Below are positions 1 through 8,225 of a DNA stretch of 41,625 bases, one piece after another. The stretch is taken from positions 1 through 41,625 of the forward strand of contig JAJSAI010000028.1 of NCBI GenBank assembly GCA_024274695.1, in the 5' to 3' direction. Position numbers and translations under genes: made by a program. This stretch comes from an archaeon. Lineage in GTDB: Archaea; B1Sed10-29; JAJSAI01. Below the pieces are notes generated by a model. The model did no database searches, was not told the origin of the DNA, and worked only from the letters and a program-made list of their open reading frames with translations. Numbering within the stretch: the stretch's first letter is position 1; each line of letters opens with the position of its first letter.

Positions 1-509
1 CCGTACTCGGTGAGCGGGAGTATGAGGATCTTGTCCCGGTATAGCACTCCAGTGTCCTCTAGCCTGGTGTACCTTATTCTTTTTTCGGTTTCTTCTTTTC
101 TGGGGGTGACCACTGGCTGTATTGACCCGGTGTAAGAGTCCAGGAAGGTGGTTATAGAGTCTATGACGAGCCTTCTGGGCTTGTATCTTTTGAGGGTCTT
201 TTCTAGTTCGGTTATCTTGCATTTTCCGCTGGTGAAGCTCAGGAACGCGAAGTCCAGGAGTCCTGTGGTTATCAGGTCGTCTAGTTTCCACCCGTACCTG
301 AGAGCCTGTCTCTTGAGGGCGTCAAGGCCCTGTTCTGTTCCCACGTACAGTCCTTTTTCCCCGTGCATTGCTCCCCTGTAAAGGTACTCAAGAGAAAATG
401 TTGTTTTCCCGGTACCCGGCCCTCCTGTGAGCAGGATCACGCTCCCTGGAGGGAACCCTCCTTCTATCAAGGGGTCGAATCCTTTTACGTAGGTTTTTAC
501 CCTGAGCAT
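1..509 (-). CDS. KaiC/RAD55-family RecA-like ATPase (3' end runs off the window)
   Basis: Not in the ORF track. Manual translation gives MLRVKTYVKGFDPLIEGGFPPGSVILLTGGPGTGKTT (Walker A) ... RRLVIDS (Walker B). The frame is open to the window edge. Confidence 0.9.
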   Translation of the reverse strand, partial: MLRVKTYVKGFDPLIEGGFPPGSVILLTGGPGTGKTTFSLEYLYRGAMHGEKGLYVGTEQGLDALKRQALRYGWKLDDLITTGLLDFAFLSFTSGKCKITELEKTLKRYKPRRLVIDSITTFLDSYTGSIQPVVTPRKEETEKRIRYTRLEDTGVLYRDKILILPLTEY

Positions 510-569
510 CCGAGACCATCTCCCCCTTTAAGGAATGTAAAAAGCTTTTGTGTTAAAAAGGGTTTCGGT

Positions 570-1271
570 TCACTGGAAGAAGGCTCCTACTTCCACGTCC
601 ACTCCCTTGGACAGGGTGAACGGGATCCACGCTAGCGGGTGGACGGTGTCCGTCATTCTTTTTATCCGGAGCATTCTCTTTTCTTCTTCAAGCTTCATTT
701 CTATGGTCCCGTTGGTGAGATACTCCAGGGTTGTTATGACCTGGGGGGAGTGTATTCCTTCTTCTAGCACGAAGAAGCTCGTGTAGTTGTTCTCGGCTGC
801 TTTGGCGGTCACGAGCTGCACGAACTTGTACACGCTCCTTTCCTCGTTATGCAGCAGCAGGTCTGACAGAGAGTCTATGACCAGCACGCCTCTTTCTCCT
901 TTCTTGAACGCTTCCTGTATGAGTATTAGCAGCTCGTCCAGGCGGGTGACGCTTGACAGCACGTTTTCCCCTTGCTTCGCGCCTATCCTCCAGGAGTACG
1001 CGTCTATGAATGTTAGGCGTTCACTGTACCTGCTTATGTCAAAGCCCCTGGCCTTCATCTGGGCCTTGATGCTTTCAGGGGATTCTGTTGTTGTGACGAA
1101 GACCACGTTTTCTCCTTTTGTCAGGGTATGGTATGCTACTTGTCTCACGAGCGTGGTCTTTCCGGTGCCAGGGAATCCTATCACGAGCACTGCCGAGTTC
1201 TCTGGGACTCCGCCTTGGAGCAGTTTGTCCAGGCCCGGCACGCCAGTGCTCTTCCTCTTAACTTCGTTCAT
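570..1271 (-). CDS. KaiC/RAD55-family ATPase
   Basis: STGVPGLDKLLQGG N-terminus, Walker A GFPGTGKT, Walker B VLVIDS, C-terminal LEYLTNGTIEM. Confidence 0.9.
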   Translation of the reverse strand: MNEVKRKSTGVPGLDKLLQGGVPENSAVLVIGFPGTGKTTLVRQVAYHTLTKGENVVFVTTTESPESIKAQMKARGFDISRYSERLTFIDAYSWRIGAKQGENVLSSVTRLDELLILIQEAFKKGERGVLVIDSLSDLLLHNEERSVYKFVQLVTAKAAENNYTSFFVLEEGIHSPQVITTLEYLTNGTIEMKLEEEKRMLRIKRMTDTVHPLAWIPFTLSKGVDVEVGAFFQ

Positions 1272-1909
1272 TTGAACACGAACCCCTTCTCGGTTATGCT
1301 GTAGTACAGGGTTTTCTTTTTAACATCCCACGGCCATCGGATTATCTTCATGACCCTTTTTCTCCCTCCTGTCATCTCAAGCCTGAGCACGCCTTCAAAG
1401 GATTCTTCCAGGAACAGCATTACTTCAGGGTGGACCATCTTGTGGTGAATGAGCGCCATCACGTGCCCGCAGTGCTTTTCCCAGGAGAGCAGCCTGTCCG
1501 CCAGGAAGTCTTTTAGCTTGACGGAGTTACTGCAGACCTCCGGGTCAACTCCTCCTAGCCCGCTTTCCATGAAGATGTGGGACAGGGAGTCTATGAGCAG
1601 CCTGTCAAAGCATTCTTTCTGCGTTCTTTTCCTTTCGTGGATCGTTCGGAAGAAGTCTTCGGGCTCTGGGCCCGCGTACACTATGTTATCCCGCCCGAGA
1701 CCGATCGCCGTCAGTTTTTTGATTAGGTTATTGGCTGACGCTCCTGCAACGAGCGCGCCCACGTTCTCCCCTTCTCTCATTCCCCCCAGAAGATAATGTA
1801 GCCCGAGCAGGGTGCCTCCTGCTCCAGAGTCGTGCTCTACCAGCACGTTATGGTCAGGGTATCCTCCGAGCACCTTGTCAAGATACTTTATTCCAGTGCT
1901 CACTCCCAA
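1268..1909 (-). CDS. Degenerate KaiC/RAD55-like protein (Walker A lysine lost)
   Basis: STGIKYLDKVLGG N-terminus, DSGAGGT in place of GxGKT, LLIDS. Overlaps both neighbours, consistent with an operon. Confidence 0.75.
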   Translation of the reverse strand: MGVSTGIKYLDKVLGGYPDHNVLVEHDSGAGGTLLGLHYLLGGMREGENVGALVAGASANNLIKKLTAIGLGRDNIVYAGPEPEDFFRTIHERKRTQKECFDRLLIDSLSHIFMESGLGGVDPEVCSNSVKLKDFLADRLLSWEKHCGHVMALIHHKMVHPEVMLFLEESFEGVLRLEMTGGRKRVMKIIRWPWDVKKKTLYYSITEKGFVFK

Positions 1910-2217
1910 ATTATCCTCTCCAGCTCCCGCAGCCTCAGAAGGTTCCGGGTTATGTTAATGTCAGGAGGGCACACCGCGCGAAGGTATCCCTTGCCAAACT
2001 TTATGCCTATCACTATCTTATCGTCGTAGAAGGTCAGGGACTGCCTGAATCCTTTCGGAATCCCTTTGGACTTGAGGAATCCTAAAACGCTCTTGTCAAG
2101 CGCTGTTTTCCGCCCGTACGAGAGGATCTCCTTTCCCTTGTCGTCCAGGACAACAAGGTTCTTGAGCGCAGGAAACCTTTCTCTGACGATCCTCCTGAAC
2201 TCTTTCTCGCTAATCAT
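1900..2217 (-). CDS. Small protein, possible roadblock/LC7- or profilin-like fold
   Basis: 105 aa with helix, LVVLDDKGKEILSYG hairpin, helix, three strands, helix. First gene of the leftward KaiC operon. The fold call is pattern-based. Confidence 0.55.
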   Translation of the reverse strand: MISEKEFRRIVRERFPALKNLVVLDDKGKEILSYGRKTALDKSVLGFLKSKGIPKGFRQSLTFYDDKIVIGIKFGKGYLRAVCPPDINITRNLLRLRELERIIWE

Positions 2218-2240
2218 CAGTTAAAGGAAAAATGCCTGGG

Positions 2241-2281
2241 TTATTTAAAAGTTTGGTGTGGTGGGGAGAAACGGTTATAAA
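2241..2281. promoter_or_regulatory. Divergent archaeal promoter pair
   Basis: TTTTAAAT on the minus strand (2243-2250) lies about 26 nt before the ATG at 2217. TTATAA (2275-2280), preceded by purine-rich GAGAAACGG, lies about 25 nt before the ATG at 2305. Confidence 0.55.
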
Positions 2282-2304
2282 CAACGGGCCTCTTTGGTAA
2301 GACC

Positions 2305-3039
2305 ATGAGAGTGTCCACCGGAGTCCCCGGGCTGGATGACCTTACTGGAGGAGGGTTCATCCCAGGGACTGTTAACATTGTCGCGGGAACCCCTGGAACA
2401 GGGAAAACAATCCTGGGAATACAGTACCTTGTCGAGGGCGCGAGAAGGGGGGAGAGAGGAATTTACATCTCTCTTGAGGAAAGGGCTGAAGACGTTGCAA
2501 AGTTTGTTTCATCCTTCGGATGGGATATTATCGGGCTCGCTGAAAAAGACTTCCTCAGAATCAAACAGTTCAAGATATCCCCTCCCAAGGAAGAGAGGAT
2601 AGAAGGGGTGACGGCCACCCTGCGCAGGTACAAGCTGCCTCAGGCTGCCGGCGTGCTGGACTTGTACACTACCCTCAAGGACGATGTGGTCACGGGAAAG
2701 TACTCCAGGGTGGTCATAGACTCTGCCAGCGTCCTAAAGTATTCCGCGGACGGGGAGAGGGAGAGCAGGGTTCACCTGGCCAGCTTGTTCAGGTTCCTCA
2801 AGGAACACGGTCTCACCACGATCGTCATAATGGAAAAGAAAACTGCTGATGATCCCTTCGAGTTTGAGGAGTTCCTCGCGGACACAGTGATAAGGCTTGC
2901 TGACTACCCCACCAGGGAGGAAAGAAAAAGAGGCCTGGTGGTAGTGAAGATGAGGGGGTCCAGCGTGGACAGGACCACAAGACCGTACAGGATAGGAGAG
3001 AACGGGATAGAAGTGTACTCAGGAGAGTATCTCTTGTGA
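2305..3039 (+). CDS. KaiC-family ATPase (single domain)
   Basis: STGVPGLD, Walker A GTPGTGKT, SLEE, VVIDS, KMRG arginine-finger motif. Confidence 0.92.
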   Translation: MRVSTGVPGLDDLTGGGFIPGTVNIVAGTPGTGKTILGIQYLVEGARRGERGIYISLEERAEDVAKFVSSFGWDIIGLAEKDFLRIKQFKISPPKEERIEGVTATLRRYKLPQAAGVLDLYTTLKDDVVTGKYSRVVIDSASVLKYSADGERESRVHLASLFRFLKEHGLTTIVIMEKKTADDPFEFEEFLADTVIRLADYPTREERKRGLVVVKMRGSSVDRTTRPYRIGENGIEVYSGEYLL

Positions 3040-3051
3040 GGTGATCTTTGA

Positions 3052-3729
3052 ATGGAAAGGGTTGAGACTGGAGTGAACGGGCTTGACGAAATGCTTAACG
3101 GGGGCATACCCAAGAACTACTCTGTCATAGTCATGGGAGGGCCTGGAACAGGGAAGACCCTGTTCGGCTCGCAGTTCGTTCACACTGGAGCCATGAAAGG
3201 AGAAAGAGGAGTTTACATTACTCTGGAAGAAGCTCCGGAAAGAATAAGAAAGAACATGAAGAACGCGTTCGGCTGGGACTTCAGCAAGCTGGAGAAAAAG
3301 GGGCTCCTGGCCATCGTGCCCGTGCAAAAGTACAACATGCAGCACTTGTATGACGTGATACAGTCAGAGGTCACCCAGAGGCAGACCACGCGGGTGGTGA
3401 TAGACTCTGTGACAATGCTCAAGATGTACTTCAAGAGCGACTTCGAGTTCAGGAGGAACCTGTTCGACCTGCTGGAGCTCCTGTCAAGGCTTGACTGCAC
3501 CACCGTGCTCACTGCAGAGAGACACTACTTCAAGCCAGAGGAAATGAGGCCTGAACTGGAAGAGTTCATAGCCGACGGGGCCATCGCGTTGTACAACCTG
3601 CCCCGGAAGAACGAGAGGGTGAGGGCCCTTGAGATCATAAAAATGAGGGGAACCAGCCACAGCCAGACTATTTACCCGTTCCAGATAACAGGAGAGGGAA
3701 TAAGGGTCATACCCGAGGAGGTACTCTGA
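3052..3729 (+). CDS. KaiC-family ATPase (single domain)
   Basis: TGVNGLDEMLNGG, GGPGTGKT, TLEE, VVIDS, KMRG. A GAGGTGA SD sequence lies upstream. Confidence 0.92.
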   Translation: MERVETGVNGLDEMLNGGIPKNYSVIVMGGPGTGKTLFGSQFVHTGAMKGERGVYITLEEAPERIRKNMKNAFGWDFSKLEKKGLLAIVPVQKYNMQHLYDVIQSEVTQRQTTRVVIDSVTMLKMYFKSDFEFRRNLFDLLELLSRLDCTTVLTAERHYFKPEEMRPELEEFIADGAIALYNLPRKNERVRALEIIKMRGTSHSQTIYPFQITGEGIRVIPEEVL

Positions 3730-4506
3730 ATGGCCAAGGCTCACTCGTTCTCTTACCAGATAGGCAAGAAGATTGACACCGCCAAGGTCCAGAAGAAGAT
3801 GGGCGGGAAGCTGATCGGGAGCGTGCTGGAGTCCAGGATAGACGAGATAAAGGTGCACGTTTTCCCGAGCGGCAGAATAAGACTAACCGCCCAGGACAAG
3901 GAGTACTCAGAACTACAGCAGATGATATTCAACAACACGGTCGGCATAATCTCGTTCATAGAAGAACTGATCAAAGCAGCAGGGGTAAATACTGACGCGA
4001 AAACGGTTATGAAAACAGGGAAACAGGATGACGCGTACGATTACGACCAGAGCGTGATAGGAGAAGAAACCAGGATCCCTGCAGGGGTAATGCAGATGAT
4101 CACAATATCCCTGTACCAGTTCGCAGGACAGTTCCAGGCGAGCAGGACAATGACCCAAGCCGGAGAAAAAGAGGGCAGAAGGCTCGTAAAAGAAAAGAAG
4201 CCTAAGAACAAGAAGGAGCTCCTGAAGCTGGTTAAAAAGTTTTTGGAAGAAAACTCTTTCGGTAAAATGGAGGAAGTAAAAGAAGAGAAAAGAAGGCTCG
4301 TGGACGTTATACTGAGAGTAACCTCCTGCGCGTTCGCGTCAGGAGCCCCAAACATTAACGAGGCAATCTGCGATTTCACCAGAGGAGTTATAAGGGGTGC
4401 GTTCGCGGAGTTCAAGGGAGCGGAGACCGTGAGCGTTAAGGAAACAAGGTGCTGGGCCAAGGGAGACGCGTACTGCGAGTTCGAGGTTTACTCCCTGGCG
4501 GCTTGA
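3730..4506 (+). CDS. V4R (4-vinyl reductase) domain protein
   Basis: C-terminal C..C..G..G..KETRCWAKGDAYCEFEV V4R signature. Abuts the KaiC gene. Confidence 0.85.
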   Translation: MAKAHSFSYQIGKKIDTAKVQKKMGGKLIGSVLESRIDEIKVHVFPSGRIRLTAQDKEYSELQQMIFNNTVGIISFIEELIKAAGVNTDAKTVMKTGKQDDAYDYDQSVIGEETRIPAGVMQMITISLYQFAGQFQASRTMTQAGEKEGRRLVKEKKPKNKKELLKLVKKFLEENSFGKMEEVKEEKRRLVDVILRVTSCAFASGAPNINEAICDFTRGVIRGAFAEFKGAETVSVKETRCWAKGDAYCEFEVYSLAA

Positions 4507-4567
4507 ACCCCTCCCACGAAACCCAGTGTGACTGGTTTTTTATAAGAGAAAAAACAAGGTTCTTATA

Positions 4568-5287
4568 ATGCCAAGAGCAAAGACGCATGCCTTCAAAGGA
4601 AAAGTATTCTCAGAACTGCCTCAGGAGATAGTGAACGCTCTAGGGATACAGCCAGGAGACGAGATAGAGTACAGGGAAATAGCCAAAGGGGTCGTGGCAG
4701 TATACTCCGCGGGGAACGGGCCCTCGGACGAGAGAATGCTCGTGGAAAAAGAGATTGATGTCATGAGAAAGGTTAACAACATTTACTCTGGCAAGAGGAC
4801 AGTGGAGTACATTGAGAGCGTGCTGGCAGAGGACGAAAAAAACGTCTTCAAGGACCTGCTGAAAAGAAGGGTGTTCTTCAAGTACAAGAAGAACGGGAAA
4901 GAACTCGTGGGACTGGACAAAAGGTACCTTCCCCTGGTGCTCGCCCCGAAAAAAGAAGAAAAGCCCCTCGACCTGTGGGAAAAAGGGTATGCGATAGTAG
5001 AGAACGAGAAGGATGTTGAAGAACTCAGCAGGAGAATAACAGAAGAAGGGAGAGAAGACCAGGTCAGGGGGGTCAGGGGATTCGACCAGAAGTACTACAT
5101 CGTCACCAACGAAAAGCTCAGTTCCCTTGAATGGAGGCTCTTGAACGCACTTGACGGGAAGAAAACCCTTGAAGAAGTAGCAAAAGAACTGGGAGAAAAC
5201 CCTGAACTCGTGAGAGCGTGTGTGGAAGTCCTGAGGGAAGAGGGAAAAATTCTTGAAAGAAGAAAAGAACTGTATGAAAGGGTGTGA
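4568..5287 (+). CDS. AbrB/SpoVT-like N-terminal domain plus C-terminal winged-HTH protein
   Basis: LPQEIVNALGIQPGDEIE is AbrB-like. KTLEEVAKELGENPELVRACVEVLREEG is wHTH-like. TATA (TTTATAA) lies about 25 nt upstream. Confidence 0.6.
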   Translation: MPRAKTHAFKGKVFSELPQEIVNALGIQPGDEIEYREIAKGVVAVYSAGNGPSDERMLVEKEIDVMRKVNNIYSGKRTVEYIESVLAEDEKNVFKDLLKRRVFFKYKKNGKELVGLDKRYLPLVLAPKKEEKPLDLWEKGYAIVENEKDVEELSRRITEEGREDQVRGVRGFDQKYYIVTNEKLSSLEWRLLNALDGKKTLEEVAKELGENPELVRACVEVLREEGKILERRKELYERV

Positions 5288-5291
5288 TGGC

Positions 5292-5651
5292 ATGCACAAG
5301 TGGATCCTGGTGCCCGCGGTGCAGGGGTCTGAAGAAATTGCCAGAACACTGCAGGACCAAGCGTCTAAGATAGTCCTTGTTTACGTGGTGGACTCCAACG
5401 CGAACACGTCAACCGCGTCAGTCGGTACAGAAATAAGAAAAGCGGAAGACAGGATGGACAGGATAAAAAAAGAGCTTTCAGGAAAAGAGATAGTGGTCAA
5501 GGACTACGTGGAATGGGGGTCCTGGCCTGACAAGCTGAAGGCAATAGCTGCAATAGAAAAGTGTGACGAGATAATAGTCCCGAGGAACCAGGAAACGCTG
5601 TGGCTCAGGAGAACGCTAAAAAAGGCAGGGCTTGAAGTGAAAGAAGCATGA
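5292..5651 (+). CDS. Universal stress protein (UspA-like)
   Basis: KWILVP, IVLVYVVD, VEWG, IAAIEKCDEIIV pattern. Start moved to the ATG at 5292. Confidence 0.65.
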   Translation: MHKWILVPAVQGSEEIARTLQDQASKIVLVYVVDSNANTSTASVGTEIRKAEDRMDRIKKELSGKEIVVKDYVEWGSWPDKLKAIAAIEKCDEIIVPRNQETLWLRRTLKKAGLEVKEA

Positions 5652-6196
5652 ACGCCAGAATCCTTCTTCTCGCGCTGATCATCAGCACCGTGTTCTTGTC
5701 AGGCTGCTTAGAGAAGGTGCCCTGGCTCGAGCAGAAAATCTGTCCACAGCCAAAACAGATGACAGCAACAGCCTACTTCTGCCCAGAAGACGCGTGCGCG
5801 GAGCACATCATAAGTCTTATAGACAACGCGAACACGAGCGTGCACGTGGCAGTATACTCCTTCACCCTAGACGCGCTTGGTGACGCGCTGGTAAGAGCAA
5901 AACAGAGGGGGCTTGACGTGAAAGTCATCGTTGAGAAAGACCAGCTCTCCCAGTATTCAGAGTACCAGAGGCTCAAGAGCGCGGGAATCCCTGTCAGGGT
6001 GGACAGTAACCCCGCTAGCATGCACAACAAGTTCGCGGTCATAGACGGGGAGATAGTGATCACTGGAAGCTTCAACTGGAGCAAGAACGCGGACACCAGG
6101 AACGATGAGAACATTGTGGTCATACGGTCCGAAGGTCTTGCGTTTGACTACGAGAAAGAGTTTCAGGAGCTGTTCGAGTCAGGGACAGTCCTTTGA
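5648..6196 (+). CDS. Phospholipase D-family nuclease (Nuc-like), predicted lipoprotein
   Basis: Single HKD motif MHNKFAVIDGEIVITGSFNWS, plus NDEN. N-terminal hydrophobic stretch ending in the LSGC lipobox. Confidence 0.88.
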   Translation: MNARILLLALIISTVFLSGCLEKVPWLEQKICPQPKQMTATAYFCPEDACAEHIISLIDNANTSVHVAVYSFTLDALGDALVRAKQRGLDVKVIVEKDQLSQYSEYQRLKSAGIPVRVDSNPASMHNKFAVIDGEIVITGSFNWSKNADTRNDENIVVIRSEGLAFDYEKEFQELFESGTVL

Positions 6197-7267
6197 AGCC
6201 CTCTCCACAATCTCCCTGGCGGCTGGGAGCACCTTCTCTCTCTTTTCCTGGTGGCTTTCCAGGAACCTGGCGATCCTTTCAGCAACGTCTCTCTTGCACT
6301 CACCGCACATTATCCGCCCCGCAGTGCAGTCCTCGAACCTCTTCCTGACAACAGAGTCATCAGGCTCCAGGTAGAGCAGGAGATCGTACACGGGGCATAT
6401 CCTGGGATTCCCTCCCTCCTTCTTTTGTTCTGCCACAGTAGGCCTTCCCCCAGTGAAGGCCTTCATCACCTTCTTCTTGGCAACCTCAGGATCCTCTGAC
6501 AGGGATATCATCCCTTCCGGCTCTGACTTGCTCATTTTCTCTGACCCCGTGAGGGACCTCATGAACCTGTGGTACGTGCTGCTTGGGACCACGAGCCCGT
6601 GCTTGCCTGCAATGTCCCTGGTGAGCCTGATGTGAGGATCCTGATCAAGCCCTACTGGAATGACCACGGGCTTCGGGCCCCCGAACTCAGGCTCTTCAGG
6701 CAGTAGTATATCACCCACCTGCAAGAGGGCGGAAAGATAGTGTCCTATCTGCTTTTCTCCGTACACTGCCCTGAGCATGTTGTTGGTCACGTCCCGGGCG
6801 TACAAGTACCCCAGGAGTTTTACCTTGGGCTGGCTTGACTGGAAGTAGAAGTAAGAGTCCTCCCTTATCCCGAGAGCGAGCAGGTCCGCGATATTGCTCT
6901 CAGCAATCCTCCTGCTCTCTTCAAGGGACTGCCTGTTAGCATGATACGCTTCAATATCCGCAACGGCATAGAACATCCTGGCGCCCATCTCCTGGAAAAC
7001 AAGCATCTGGTCAGCGACCAGCTTGCTTCCCACGTGAAAGTGATTGCTCGGTTTTATTCCCGTGAGCATCGCGAAAGGCCTTCCCTGATCCCTGGCGTCC
7101 AAGATCCTCTCTAGGTCCCTGTGCGCGAACACGATGTTCCGCCTGAACAAGTAGGAGTCAGGCAGCCTTCTCACGAGATCAGGAGTGATCCTTTTTATCC
7201 CGAACTCTCCTGCCAGTCTCTCGTAATCCTCAGGGATCACTGGACTGAAAGGATCAAAGGAAGCCAT
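6179..7267 (-). CDS. trpS: Tryptophanyl-tRNA synthetase
   Basis: HRDL, TGIKPS..FHVGS (HIGH variant), PVGLDQDPHIRLTRD, KMSKS, AFTGGR. Confidence 0.95.
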   Translation of the reverse strand: MASFDPFSPVIPEDYERLAGEFGIKRITPDLVRRLPDSYLFRRNIVFAHRDLERILDARDQGRPFAMLTGIKPSNHFHVGSKLVADQMLVFQEMGARMFYAVADIEAYHANRQSLEESRRIAESNIADLLALGIREDSYFYFQSSQPKVKLLGYLYARDVTNNMLRAVYGEKQIGHYLSALLQVGDILLPEEPEFGGPKPVVIPVGLDQDPHIRLTRDIAGKHGLVVPSSTYHRFMRSLTGSEKMSKSEPEGMISLSEDPEVAKKKVMKAFTGGRPTVAEQKKEGGNPRICPVYDLLLYLEPDDSVVRKRFEDCTAGRIMCGECKRDVAERIARFLESHQEKREKVLPAAREIVERASKDCP

Positions 7268-7309
7268 ACAAGGTTTTAAAATCCATTGCTATAAAAACTT
7301 TGGGTGTAA

Positions 7310-7828
7310 ATGACAATGGCCGTGCTCGTGGACGGAAGAGTGATAGTAACAGACCCTGAACTAGCAGAGGAACTTGAACAGAAGGGGTACGGGGAAAAAG
7401 AAAAGGACAAGCTCATCCTCTCGCCAGAAGAAGCACTTTACCTCGTGGAAAAAAGGAAGAACTTCAGCGTGCAGGACGAAAAAGGAAAAGAACTCTCGTT
7501 CGAACAACTGCTCAAAAAGCTCAGCCGGCTTGACAAAGAGTTCGGCAGGAAGTACCTCGTGTTCAAGGACCTGAGGGACAGGGGCTTCTGCGTCAGGACA
7601 GGCTTCAAGTGGGGCACACACTACAGGGTGTACGCGAGGGGAGACAGGCCAGGGAAAGGCCACGCGATCTGGCTGGTGCACGTTGTCCCGGAAGAGTACA
7701 AGTGCAGTTTCCCAGAACTCAGCCGGGCGGTCAGGCTCGCGCAGAACGTGAGAAAGAAAATGATATACGCTGTCCTGGACAAGGAAGGGGACATCACGTA
7801 CTACAAGATAGAGAGGATAACCCCCTAG
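7310..7828 (+). CDS. endA: tRNA-intron endonuclease
   Basis: LSPEEALYL, DLRDRG, GFKWGTHYRVY (catalytic Tyr), GHA (His), VRKK (Lys), DKEGDITYY. Confidence 0.93.
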   Translation: MTMAVLVDGRVIVTDPELAEELEQKGYGEKEKDKLILSPEEALYLVEKRKNFSVQDEKGKELSFEQLLKKLSRLDKEFGRKYLVFKDLRDRGFCVRTGFKWGTHYRVYARGDRPGKGHAIWLVHVVPEEYKCSFPELSRAVRLAQNVRKKMIYAVLDKEGDITYYKIERITP

Positions 7829-8094
7829 CCCTCCTGAGGCTCTGCAGGAGGCTGCCACGGGACCTCTTCTATTTCAACTTCCTCTACTCCCGGGACTTCA
7901 AGGGCTTTTTGCCTGATCTCTCCCAGGATCATCCGGGAGAAAGGACAGAAAGGAGAAGTGAGCGCGACCTTCAAGAAAACCTTGTCCCCCTCTATTTTGA
8001 CGTCCCGGATCATCCCCATGCTCACAACATCAATGCCCAGCTCCGGGTCCATGACCCCCTTCAACGCGTCCAGAACAGCCTCCTCGGAAACCAT
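7825..8094 (-). CDS. DUF59/SufT-like metal-sulfur cluster assembly factor
   Basis: ALKGVMDPELGIDVVSMGMI and LTSPFCP motifs. Confidence 0.9.
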   Translation of the reverse strand: MVSEEAVLDALKGVMDPELGIDVVSMGMIRDVKIEGDKVFLKVALTSPFCPFSRMILGEIRQKALEVPGVEEVEIEEVPWQPPAEPQEG

Positions 8095-8225
8095 GCCTAA
8101 CATTCTCCAACACCAGTATAAAAACCCAACCCAAAGAACAAGCAAGCCAACATCTTGAAAAAATGGATGAATTGTCTTCGTAACAGGGATAATTTTATAT
8201 ACAAATTGTCTCTATTATAAACCCA

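Noticed and set aside
1-3729. KaiC cluster as a circadian clock
   Set aside because: The complete genes encode single-domain proteins, there is no kaiA or kaiB, and no Ser/Thr pair at the phosphosite.
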